Below are positions 46,184 through 54,464 of a DNA stretch of 64,000 nt, in pieces. Source of the DNA: Candidatus Microgenomates bacterium (lineage in GTDB: Bacteria > Patescibacteriota > Microgenomatia > JACQLA01); assembly GCA_016204255.1 (NCBI GenBank), contig JACQLA010000005.1, forward strand, positions 132,339-196,338, given 5' to 3'. Position 1 is the first letter of the stretch, and every line of letters starts with the position of its first letter. The notes beneath the pieces are model-generated. The model was given only the letters and a program-made list of their open reading frames with translations. It made no database searches and was not told the origin of the DNA. The translations under genes and the position numbers were made by a program.

Positions 46184-46267
46184 GGAGGAGTCGGATAGCG
46201 GTTCATTCCACACGCTTGGAAAGCGTGCGAGCGCAAGCTCACGTGGGTTCGAATCCCACCTCCTCCG
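46184..46267 (+). tRNA. tRNA-Ser(GGA)
   Basis: Acceptor GGAGGAG/CTCCTCC, anticodon stem CACGC/GCGTG with loop TTGGAAA, variable arm GAGC-GCAA-GCTC, T-arm GTGGG-TTCGAAT-CCCAC. Confidence 0.85.
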
Positions 46268-46269
46268 CA

Positions 46270-46312
46270 GCGTCAAACGCGGCTGGGACGTAAAATTACT
46301 GGCAATTTGCGT
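46270..46312 (+). repeat. solo leader-like element C (hairpin, GGCTGGG linker, ACGTAAAATT hairpin) with no GIY-YIG ORF
   Basis: GCG-TCAAA-CGC, GGCTGGG, ACGTAAAATT-ACTGGC-AATTTGCGT. Shares the GCTGGRACGTAAAATTAC core with elements A and B. Confidence 0.6.
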
Positions 46313-46334
46313 CTTGCCATTGATTATCTCTACT

Positions 46335-46757
46335 ATGAAAATAATGATTTGCGGTAGCATGCATTTTTCCCGGGAAATGATGATCGCCAAGGAAAAGCTG
46401 GAAAAAGCCGGCCACCAGGTTTCACTGCCAACCGATATTGATCTCCATTTAAACGACCCCGAGTTTATTGATAATTTTGATTTAAATTACGAACATTGTT
46501 TAAAAAACGATGTCATGTGGAAATGTTTTGATCTGGTGGCTCAAGCCGAGGCCATTTTGGTTTTAAATTATCCCCGCAGCGAAATTTCGGGTTACATTGG
46601 GGCCTCATCTTTAATGGAGATCGGCCTGGCTTATTATTTACATAAAAAAATCTTTCTTTTATATCCTGTCCCCAAACCATCTCAGGCCCGCTGGGCTCAT
46701 GAAATTGAGATTATTCAGCCGGTGATTTTAAACGGCGATTTGTCCAAAATCAAATAG
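46335..46757 (+). CDS. nucleoside 2-deoxyribosyltransferase-like protein (start moved out of the tRNA to MKIMICGS)
   Basis: The track ORF start (46182) runs through tRNA-Ser(GGA). MKIMICGSM... and ...SSLMEIGLAYYLHKKIFLL resemble the NDT-like fold. Weak call. Confidence 0.45.
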   Translation: MKIMICGSMHFSREMMIAKEKLEKAGHQVSLPTDIDLHLNDPEFIDNFDLNYEHCLKNDVMWKCFDLVAQAEAILVLNYPRSEISGYIGASSLMEIGLAYYLHKKIFLLYPVPKPSQARWAHEIEIIQPVILNGDLSKIK

Positions 46758-46776
46758 ATTTTTTACGCGTCAGCTT

Positions 46777-48618
46777 TTGAGTCGTGGTAGAATGGGGAAC
46801 ACAATGGACCAGCTCGAGGAAATAAAATCCAAAATTGATATCGTTGAGTTTCTCAACAACTACCTTTCCTTAAAAAAAGCCGGCCGAAATTTTAAAGCCA
46901 ATTGTCCCTTCCATTCGGAAAAAACAGCCTCATTTATAATCTCGCCCGAGCGACAGATCTGGCATTGTTTTGGGGCCTGTAATGACGGCGGGGATATTTT
47001 CAAATTTTTGATGAAATGGGAAAATTTGGAATTTCCCGAGGCTTTAAAAATCTTGGCCCAGCGCGCCGGCGTTGCTTTAAAAGAATATCCGGTCGGCGAA
47101 GCTTTACAAAAAAAAGAGAAAATTTTTGCCGTTAACCACATGGCCTCAGAATTTTACCATTATTTGCTTCTAAATCATCCCGCCGGTAAAAAAGCCCTGG
47201 ACTATCTGCGTCAAAGAGGGATTAAAGATAAATCCATTGAACTGTTTCGGATTGGTTATGCCCCCAATCTTTGGGAGGGTTTAAGCAAGTATTTGGTGGG
47301 GAAAAAAGGTTATAAGATAAATGATTTGGAGCAGGCGGGGCTTATAGTCAGAAGCGGCCCGCGGACCTACGACCGTTTTCGGGGAAGACTGATGTTTACT
47401 TTAAAAAATCATCGCGGACAGGTAGTCGGTTTTGCCGGAAGAATTCTGGAGGATTTAAAAGAAGCCCCACTTCGCCCCGCTCAAGGCGGGGCTTCGCAGG
47501 GGCAAGCAAAGTATATTAATACGCCCGAAACCTCAGTTTACATTAAAGGCGAGATTTTATACGGGATGGATTTGGCAGCTGATGCTATAAAAAAGGAAAA
47601 TTTGGCCATTTTAGTTGAGGGAGAGCTTGATGCAATTCAGGCCTTTCAAGCCGGAACCTCCAATATCGTGGCGATTAAAGGCAGCGCTTTAACCGAAGGT
47701 CAAATCACGCTTTTAAAACGATTCACGGAAAATATTGCCTTAGCTTTAGATCAGGATCTGGCCGGGGAGGCCGCGGCCCGGCGGGGAATTGAGATGGCTG
47801 ATCAGGCCGGATTAAATATTCGTGTTATTCAAATTAAAGAGGGTAAAGACCCGGATGAGTGCTTAAGAAAAAATCCTGCCGCCTGGTTTGCGGCCTTAAA
47901 AAACGCCCGCTCTTTTTATGATTTTTTATTTCAGTCCTCCCTTGATCGCCATAGCGGGGAAACGCCTGAAGACAAAAAGAAAATTGGCGAGGAACTTTTG
48001 CCCACTTTGGCCAAAATCTCAAATGAGATTGTCAAAGCTCATTATCTTAAGAAACTGGCTCAGGAACTGGAGATTTCCGAGGAGGGAGTGCGGGCGGCGA
48101 TTAATAAATTGGAAAAGAAAGAGAAGGGCAAGGGGGAGGAGCGGAAAATAATTTCTCGATCAACCCGGGACGAAATCTTGGAAGAATATTTACTGAGCTT
48201 ACTTTTACAAAGCAAAAACCCGCAAGAGCTATTAAAAGATATCGGGGATAAAATAACCTGCGAAAACCCGGGAAAGTGCTTTTTACATCCGGCCCTGCAA
48301 AAAATATTTAAATCTCTGATTGAGTATTTAAACAATTTAGGCAGCAATGAATTTGTCATTGACCGCTTCACCCGCAGCCAGCCAAAAGAGCTGACGGATC
48401 TGATTGACCGGCTTTATCTGACTGATTTGGGCGAATTTACCGCCGGTGAGACAATGGAGAAAGAGTTTAAAAAGGCGGCGCTGGAGCTTAAAAGCCTGGC
48501 TTTACGGCGGCGGTTGAAACAGCTGACCGCAATGATCAAGGAAGAAAGTGATGAAGGGAAAGTGGAGTCTTTAAGTCGACAGTTTCAACAAATATCCACT
48601 GAGCTTAGAAAAAATTGA
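46777..48618 (+). CDS. dnaG: DNA primase DnaG
   Basis: Zinc ribbon CPFHSEKTASF..CFGC, TOPRIM (LVEGELDAI...DQDLAG), KYINTPET motif; the true start may be the ATG at 46804 (MDQLEE). Confidence 0.9.
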   Translation: MSRGRMGNTMDQLEEIKSKIDIVEFLNNYLSLKKAGRNFKANCPFHSEKTASFIISPERQIWHCFGACNDGGDIFKFLMKWENLEFPEALKILAQRAGVALKEYPVGEALQKKEKIFAVNHMASEFYHYLLLNHPAGKKALDYLRQRGIKDKSIELFRIGYAPNLWEGLSKYLVGKKGYKINDLEQAGLIVRSGPRTYDRFRGRLMFTLKNHRGQVVGFAGRILEDLKEAPLRPAQGGASQGQAKYINTPETSVYIKGEILYGMDLAADAIKKENLAILVEGELDAIQAFQAGTSNIVAIKGSALTEGQITLLKRFTENIALALDQDLAGEAAARRGIEMADQAGLNIRVIQIKEGKDPDECLRKNPAAWFAALKNARSFYDFLFQSSLDRHSGETPEDKKKIGEELLPTLAKISNEIVKAHYLKKLAQELEISEEGVRAAINKLEKKEKGKGEERKIISRSTRDEILEEYLLSLLLQSKNPQELLKDIGDKITCENPGKCFLHPALQKIFKSLIEYLNNLGSNEFVIDRFTRSQPKELTDLIDRLYLTDLGEFTAGETMEKEFKKAALELKSLALRRRLKQLTAMIKEESDEGKVESLSRQFQQISTELRKN

Positions 48619-48652
48619 AATTTTGTGCCTAAAGGAGTAGAATAAACTTAGA

Positions 48653-49741
48653 ATGGCAAAGAAAAACCCAGTCCTATCCGCCAAGCAGTTGTTGACTAAG
48701 GCTAAAAAACGAGGGTATATTACCCAGGATGAAATTCTGGCGGTTTATCCCCAGGCGGAAAAACACATCGTCGAAATTGATTTGCTTTATGACCGGCTCC
48801 TGCGGGACGGGATTGATATTTTTGAATCCGTCTCCGAACCGGCCGAAGGCAAGGCCGAAATTTCCAAACTGGAAAAAGAGCTGGATGATTTGGTAACCCT
48901 GGATCAGGGAATTGCTTCCAACGACCCGGTCAGGATGTATCTTAAAGAAATCGGTCGGGTACCACTCTTGATTTTTGAAGAGGAAATTGCTTTGGCCAAA
49001 AGAGCGGAAAAGGGTGATAAAGCGGCCCGACATAAGCTGATTGAATCTAACTTAAGACTAGTTGTTTCAATCGCTAAAAAATATGTCGGCCGAGGATTAA
49101 GTCTTATGGATTTAATTCAGGAAGGCAATATCGGTCTGCAGAAAGCAGTGGAAAAATATAATTGGCGCAAAGGTTATAAGTTTTCAACCTATGCGACCTG
49201 GTGGATTAGGCAAGCTATAACCCGGGCGATTGCCGATCAGGCTCGGACCATCCGTATCCCGGTTCATATGGTGGAAACCATCAACCGCTATATCCGGATT
49301 AACCGCCGGATGATGCAAGAGCTGGGAAGAGAGCCGCTAGCTGAGGAAGTGGCTGAGGCCATGGGTGTGGATGTAGCCAAAATCCGCGAGATCATCAAAG
49401 TTTCTCAGGAGCCGACTTCGCTTGAAACGCCAGTGGGAGATGAGGAAGACTCGCATTTAGGCGATTTTATAGAAGATACAAAAGTTGCCGGGCCTTATGA
49501 TGCGACCTCGCGGGCCCTTTTAAAAGAGCAGATCGAAGAAGTTTTATCCACCTTAAACGACCGGGAGAAAAAAGTTTTAATCCTGCGTTTTGGTTTGGAA
49601 GACGGCCGTCCCCGGACTTTGGAAGAGGTGGGGCGGGAGTTTCAGGTGACCCGTGAGCGAATTCGTCAGATCGAGTCAAAGGCTTTGCGAAAATTAAAGC
49701 ATCCCTCAAGAAGTAAAAAGCTGCGCGATTACCTAGAATAA
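48653..49741 (+). CDS. rpoD: RNA polymerase primary sigma factor (sigma-70 family)
   Basis: Regions 1.2-4.2 are present: [61 protein letters not shown]. Confidence 0.9.
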   Translation: MAKKNPVLSAKQLLTKAKKRGYITQDEILAVYPQAEKHIVEIDLLYDRLLRDGIDIFESVSEPAEGKAEISKLEKELDDLVTLDQGIASNDPVRMYLKEIGRVPLLIFEEEIALAKRAEKGDKAARHKLIESNLRLVVSIAKKYVGRGLSLMDLIQEGNIGLQKAVEKYNWRKGYKFSTYATWWIRQAITRAIADQARTIRIPVHMVETINRYIRINRRMMQELGREPLAEEVAEAMGVDVAKIREIIKVSQEPTSLETPVGDEEDSHLGDFIEDTKVAGPYDATSRALLKEQIEEVLSTLNDREKKVLILRFGLEDGRPRTLEEVGREFQVTRERIRQIESKALRKLKHPSRSKKLRDYLE

Positions 49742-51175
49742 ATGGTATCCACCAAGATTATTGCCACCATCGGCCCATCTTGCGATTCAATACACAGGAT
49801 TAAAAATCTTATTCGCGCTGGAGTGAATGTCTTCCGTTTCAACTTAAAACACAATACTCAAGTTTGGCATAGTGAACGCATTGCTCGCGTACGTCAGGCG
49901 AGCAGGGAACTTCAATTACCGGCGGCAATCCTTCTTGATCTTCAAGGACCGGATATTCGCATCGGTAGTTTTAAAGATGGCGAAATTTTACTTAAAAAGA
50001 AAGAAATAGTTTTTTTTGTTCTCAGCCCGAGTAATAAAAAAAGGAAAGAAATTATCATCGATAGCCTTTCTCTTTTAGAGAAATTAGAGAAGAATCACGA
50101 ATTCACTATAGATGATGGCCGCTTCCGTTTCCGGGTGGTGGGAAAAACAAAAAAGGAAATAGAAGCCAAAGTTTTGGAAGGCGGGATTTTAAAAAGTCAA
50201 AAGGGAGTTAATACCCCGGGTCTTGAATTGGATTTGCCGACCTTGGTCAAAAAAGATTTAGAAGATATTTCTTTGGCCGCCCGGGAGGATGTTGATTTTG
50301 TCGCTTTATCCTTTGTCCGCAGCGTTCAAGATATTGAGATTTTGAAAAGTGAGCTTGATCGACAAAAACTTAAGGCCAAAATCATTTCCAAAATTGAAAC
50401 AGTCCAGGCCTTGCAAAATTTTGAAGAGATTTTGAAACAAACCGATGGCGTGATGATTGCCCGCGGCGACTTGGGTGTGGAGTTGGCATTGGAGCAGGTC
50501 CCCTTTTATCAAAAAGAAATTATTAAACGCTGTTTGGAAGTGGGAAAACCGGTCATTACCGCCACTCAAATGCTTGAAAGCACGATTGTCGAGCCCTATC
50601 CGACCCGGGCTGAGGTTAGCGATGTGGCCAATGCGATTTATGATTTTACCGATGCGGTGATGTTATCAGCTGAAAGTGCGATCGGTAAACATCCGGAGGC
50701 GGCGGTGAAAATGATGGTTAAAATCGCCGGTTTTATTGAAGGAAAACGTCCTCGTCCCGAAAAGCTAAATTTTGAGGTTAGACATCAAACCGCCGCTGTG
50801 ACCTTTTCCGCCCATAATCTTTGGGAAAGTGAATTTTGTCAAAAGGAAAAGATCAGGGCCTTTGTTGTTTTGACCGAAACCGGGATGAGCGCCCGGATGC
50901 TTGCCCGTCTGCGTCCCCAAATTCCCATCCTGGCTTTAACCAGACACGCAAAAATTAGAGACCAGTTGCTTTTGGTTTGGGGTGTCACCCCGATACTTTC
51001 CAATCATGTTAACAACCCCTACGGCAAAAAAACTGTTGAGCAAATTCGGCAAATGCTTAAGGTTATTAAAGAGAAAAAATATGTTAAATCCGGAGAAAAA
51101 GTGATTATGGTTTATGGTGAGGATTGGGGAACCCCGGGAAAAACCTCGGTTGTCCGCATTCAAGAAGTGAATTAA
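49742..51175 (+). CDS. pyk: pyruvate kinase
   Basis: TKIIATIGPS, FRFNLKH, IARGDLGVE, MLSAESA motifs; the start abuts the rpoD stop. Confidence 0.9.
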   Translation: MVSTKIIATIGPSCDSIHRIKNLIRAGVNVFRFNLKHNTQVWHSERIARVRQASRELQLPAAILLDLQGPDIRIGSFKDGEILLKKKEIVFFVLSPSNKKRKEIIIDSLSLLEKLEKNHEFTIDDGRFRFRVVGKTKKEIEAKVLEGGILKSQKGVNTPGLELDLPTLVKKDLEDISLAAREDVDFVALSFVRSVQDIEILKSELDRQKLKAKIISKIETVQALQNFEEILKQTDGVMIARGDLGVELALEQVPFYQKEIIKRCLEVGKPVITATQMLESTIVEPYPTRAEVSDVANAIYDFTDAVMLSAESAIGKHPEAAVKMMVKIAGFIEGKRPRPEKLNFEVRHQTAAVTFSAHNLWESEFCQKEKIRAFVVLTETGMSARMLARLRPQIPILALTRHAKIRDQLLLVWGVTPILSNHVNNPYGKKTVEQIRQMLKVIKEKKYVKSGEKVIMVYGEDWGTPGKTSVVRIQEVN

Positions 51176-51236
51176 AATAGGCTGGATTTCTTCTTATTTG
51201 AATGATAAAATAGCAAGCGTAATTTAATACAATCCG

Positions 51237-51287
51237 CCACGTCTAGCGTGGCTGGAACGTAAAATTACTTTGTAATTTATACGTTCC
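51237..51287 (+). repeat. leader element B (hairpin CCACG-TCTAG-CGTGG, CTGGA linker, long hairpin GGAACGTAAAATTAC-TTT-GTAATTTATACGTTCC)
   Basis: The second hairpin differs from that of element A by a single G-to-A substitution (ACGTAAAATTACTTTGTAATTT[G/A]TACGT). Confidence 0.6.
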
Positions 51288-51337
51288 GCGGTAGCTCTCC
51301 GCCAGCTGGCGGAGGTAGAGTGGCGTCCTAAAGATAA

Positions 51338-51589
51338 ATGTATTTTGTGTACGCTATTTATAATAGAAAACACGGTAAAATTTATATTGGGCAAACGAAA
51401 GATTTAGAAACAAGATTGTATCTTCATGAAGAACATGTGTTTAACAATAGTTTTACCGCCATGTTTGATGGAGCTTGGGAATTAATTTATAAAGAGGCGG
51501 TGGAGGATCGCAGACGAGCTTTGTTAAGAGAAAAACAACTCAAAAGTTTTAGAGGAAGAGAATTTGTAAAAAGACATATTCCGCGGTAG
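51338..51589 (+). CDS. small GIY-YIG nuclease, copy 4 (83 aa); stop codon lies inside tRNA-Asn
   Basis: MYFVYAIYN..IYIGQT..RLYLH..LIYKEA; the last codons ccg cgg tag are tRNA-Asn positions 2-10. Confidence 0.75.
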   Translation: MYFVYAIYNRKHGKIYIGQTKDLETRLYLHEEHVFNNSFTAMFDGAWELIYKEAVEDRRRALLREKQLKSFRGREFVKRHIPR

Positions 51590-51654
51590 CTCAATGGTAG
51601 AGCAAATCCCTGTTAAGGATGAGGTTGCTGGTCCGAATCCAGCCCGCGGAGCCA
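51580..51654 (+). tRNA. tRNA-Asn(GTT), CCA encoded
   Basis: Acceptor TCCGCGG/CCGCGGA, D-arm GCTC-AATGGTA-GAGC, anticodon loop CTGTTAA, T-arm GCTGG-TCCGAAT-CCAGC, GCCA 3' end. Confidence 0.85.
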
Positions 51655-51689
51655 AGCGGCACTTAATATACCCAAAAAGAAACGTATTT

Positions 51690-52373
51690 ATGGCGCCTAC
51701 CCCTTTAGATACAAAACATTATAAGATTCAGAATCTGGAAAAAATTGCTGAATTGGTGGGATGTAAAGATAGACTAGAAAAATATATTGGAGATATAGAA
51801 AAAGTTTTTCCTACCATAGAAGAGATATTCGGTAAAAAATGGAATGACGATTACATTTATATTGAGCTGACTGATTCTACAGATTCTGGTGGATATGGTC
51901 GTCCAGGTGGTCGTCATGCTGTCTCTATAGGAATTTACGATAAAATTATTCAGGAAAAAGAGTATCCAGAAAATTTGTGGGGTTGTTTGCTTCACGAAAC
52001 TTTACATGCATTTATGAATCCAATTATTCATGGACCACCCGAAAGGTCTAAACAGGGAGGTCCAAATAAATTAGATGGATGTTTTGATAATGAACCTTTT
52101 ACTAGAGCTTTCCAAGGATTAGTCTATCTATCTTTGAAGAAAAAAGGGGAGATAACTACCGATTTATGTAATGAGTTTTTAAATAGATTAGAAAACGAAT
52201 TAAATCAAGAAGCACGGATTAGACTTTATAAAAGATATATCACTTTTTTTACGAAAAATGCTAGTTTTTTCTCAATATTTATAAGGAATTTGGATTTGTC
52301 TCCAAGCTCCATTATCCGAGATAATTTTTGGGAAGATTTAGAAAAACTTGAGAAAAAGGTAGAGGGTATTTAA
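51690..52373 (+). CDS. HExxH-motif protein (putative zinc metallopeptidase-like); start moved downstream of the tRNA
   Basis: LLHETLHAFMNP; the track start 51594 lies inside tRNA-Asn, and the first ATG after the tRNA is 51690. Confidence 0.45.
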   Translation: MAPTPLDTKHYKIQNLEKIAELVGCKDRLEKYIGDIEKVFPTIEEIFGKKWNDDYIYIELTDSTDSGGYGRPGGRHAVSIGIYDKIIQEKEYPENLWGCLLHETLHAFMNPIIHGPPERSKQGGPNKLDGCFDNEPFTRAFQGLVYLSLKKKGEITTDLCNEFLNRLENELNQEARIRLYKRYITFFTKNASFFSIFIRNLDLSPSSIIRDNFWEDLEKLEKKVEGI

Positions 52374-52382
52374 TAACCAATT

Positions 52383-54068
52383 TTAGGCAACAGCTGGAAC
52401 AAGAGAGGGTCTGACTTTCTCTATTTCTTCTCTTATCTGCTGAACTAGCCTAAAATCCTCAAAAGTTTTGATAGTACATGCTAATTTTGTGGCTATATTT
52501 GAATTATGATTCTCAGTGCTTATTATGCCAAGTTTAGCCTCGTTGAGGACTTTAAGTGCTGGACTGTATTCAACTTCCACTATTCTCTTATCTTGTAACC
52601 ATATCTTTTGGAAGAAGAAATGCAGATAGGCTCTTTTGTGGTCTATATCAGCTTTGTTGTAGGCTTTGACTATATTTTGAGTAAGGAATAGCACTTCATC
52701 AATAGCGGATATATCAATCGTTCGTACTTTGTCCTGTTCAGCAAGCTCTTTTTGAATATCAAGCAGTTCAGAATCTAACTTTGCATTTATACGTTTAAAT
52801 GCCTCACCGCCAACATTTCCTTCCATCAATTGAGCTTCTAGTTTCTCCCGTTTCATTTCTATACCATCACGTCTGTTGCAGAGAGCCTTTTTAGCTGTTT
52901 TTACTAGACCAACACTGTTGTCATATACTTGTTTAATGTTTGTTGTAACTGCATCAACAAATTCTTGGGTAAACTCAAGTTTGGCTACTTCTTCCTGTAC
53001 TTGTTTCTCTAAATTCTCAAGTTCAACATATTTAGAATCACATTGACCTCTTTTTCCAACCTGAGAACAGTGGTAGTAACCTATTCGACCACCCCTTGTT
53101 TTAAATTTAGGATGATAGTGCCATTCAGCTGTATACCTTTTTTTACAGTTCCGACAAAAGATAAGACCTCTTAAAAGAAAGTTATGTGTTCTTCTTCTCA
53201 ACCCGTAAGTTCCTTTTTCACTGAGTATCCGTTGGACTAGATCAAAAGTTTCCTTATCAATAAGGGAAGTGTGTTTACCCATACCTTCATGCCCGCCATG
53301 CTGCATCCAACCCCAATAAAATTTATTTTTTAACATTGTATGAGTAACTGAGAACTGGATTGGTCTTCCTTTTCTGCCCAAAACACCATTTTTATGTAAG
53401 TATTGTCTGATATCGTATATCGAATAATCCCTCGTGGCATACATTTGAAATGCTTTTGTTATAAATGGCGCTCTTGTAGGGTCAGGAACAACTATCTTTT
53501 TATCGTATACACCTGTTGGGTTCTTATTAACAACATTGTTATAGCCTAGTGGGGCGACTGAAGGATAATAACCTGCTTTGAATTTTTCTGCGGCTGTTTG
53601 TTTTACTTTGTAACTTGTTAATCGAGGCGGGATTGAGTGGATTACTGCTATTAATTCGTCAATGGCATCCCCAAAAGGATTATCATCAAAACTTACTATT
53701 CCTGTTAATGGAATTATTTTTGTATTGTATTTTCGAAGGGTTTGCTTGATGACTAAGTACTCTAATGTATTTCTTGCTACTCTCGAACTATCCTGGACGA
53801 TAACAAAGTCAATATCACCATTAGCACAACGAGTTAATATTTCCTGAAAAGCAAGACGGTTTGTTAGAGAAGTACCCGAAACACCGCCATCGACATAAAC
53901 GTCTTCTACAAGTTCACCATTTAGTTCTTGAACCTTTGTGATTATCTGTGTTTGTTGAACGTCTAAACTAAGTCCATTATCCCGCTGGTCTGGGGTACTT
54001 ACCCTCACGTAACCCAGGCATTTAGGTTTTCCATTATTTGATGTATTTTGTGTTTCTTGTAATTGCAT
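52383..54068 (-). CDS. large serine recombinase (resolvase domain, recombinase domain, zinc ribbon, coiled coil)
   Basis: N-terminal YVRVSTPDQ catalytic Ser context; CRNC...C..C Cys cluster; C-terminal coiled coil; 561 aa. Confidence 0.85.
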   Translation of the reverse strand: MQLQETQNTSNNGKPKCLGYVRVSTPDQRDNGLSLDVQQTQIITKVQELNGELVEDVYVDGGVSGTSLTNRLAFQEILTRCANGDIDFVIVQDSSRVARNTLEYLVIKQTLRKYNTKIIPLTGIVSFDDNPFGDAIDELIAVIHSIPPRLTSYKVKQTAAEKFKAGYYPSVAPLGYNNVVNKNPTGVYDKKIVVPDPTRAPFITKAFQMYATRDYSIYDIRQYLHKNGVLGRKGRPIQFSVTHTMLKNKFYWGWMQHGGHEGMGKHTSLIDKETFDLVQRILSEKGTYGLRRRTHNFLLRGLIFCRNCKKRYTAEWHYHPKFKTRGGRIGYYHCSQVGKRGQCDSKYVELENLEKQVQEEVAKLEFTQEFVDAVTTNIKQVYDNSVGLVKTAKKALCNRRDGIEMKREKLEAQLMEGNVGGEAFKRINAKLDSELLDIQKELAEQDKVRTIDISAIDEVLFLTQNIVKAYNKADIDHKRAYLHFFFQKIWLQDKRIVEVEYSPALKVLNEAKLGIISTENHNSNIATKLACTIKTFEDFRLVQQIREEIEKVRPSLVPAVA

Positions 54069-54146
54069 AGTTTAATGATTTATTAGTGATCTATATTTAT
54101 ATTTTCAATGGTTTTAGGTTCAATGGCACCGACCAACCTCTGTTGA

Positions 54147-54425
54147 TTATGCTTCTTGCATCTGGTTGAGCAATAGCCCACACCAAGCCTTAGCCAACTT
54201 TTCTACTTCTTTATTAGCTTGACCGGGGGTAGTATCTTTCCTTTGAACCAACTTTCTACCTAGCCCATTTCCTTTTATGGAATTATTAGTTTTAACTGAT
54301 ATCTCTCTTTGTGATATAAGGGCGGATGTGGCCTTACTGCCATTTCTATTAACTATTTGCTTAGAGTCTCGAACTTCGAGGCTAGGAACTCTTAAAATAG
54401 TCTTATTTTGTAAATTTGTAGTCAT
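54147..54425 (-). CDS. hypothetical protein (92 aa)
   Basis: ORF track; co-oriented with its neighbours. Confidence 0.35.
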   Translation of the reverse strand: MTTNLQNKTILRVPSLEVRDSKQIVNRNGSKATSALISQREISVKTNNSIKGNGLGRKLVQRKDTTPGQANKEVEKLAKAWCGLLLNQMQEA

Positions 54426-54464
54426 GTGTTTTTAGTTAAAAATCAATGCAATCTTTTATTTTTT

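Noticed and set aside
46182-46334. N-terminal 51 codons of track ORF 46182-46757, and the first 32 codons of 51594-52373
   Set aside because: These extensions are read through tRNA-Ser(GGA) and tRNA-Asn respectively. Internal ATGs (46335, 51690) downstream of the tRNAs give sensible proteins.
51285-51654. Group I or other self-splicing intron carrying a GIY-YIG homing endonuclease inside tRNA-Asn
   Set aside because: The downstream tRNA-Asn is complete and uninterrupted. The upstream 13-mer duplicates exon sequence rather than forming a split exon. I see no P7/guanosine-site-like core. An insertion or duplication footprint is the simpler reading, though a covariance-model scan for intron cores would settle it.
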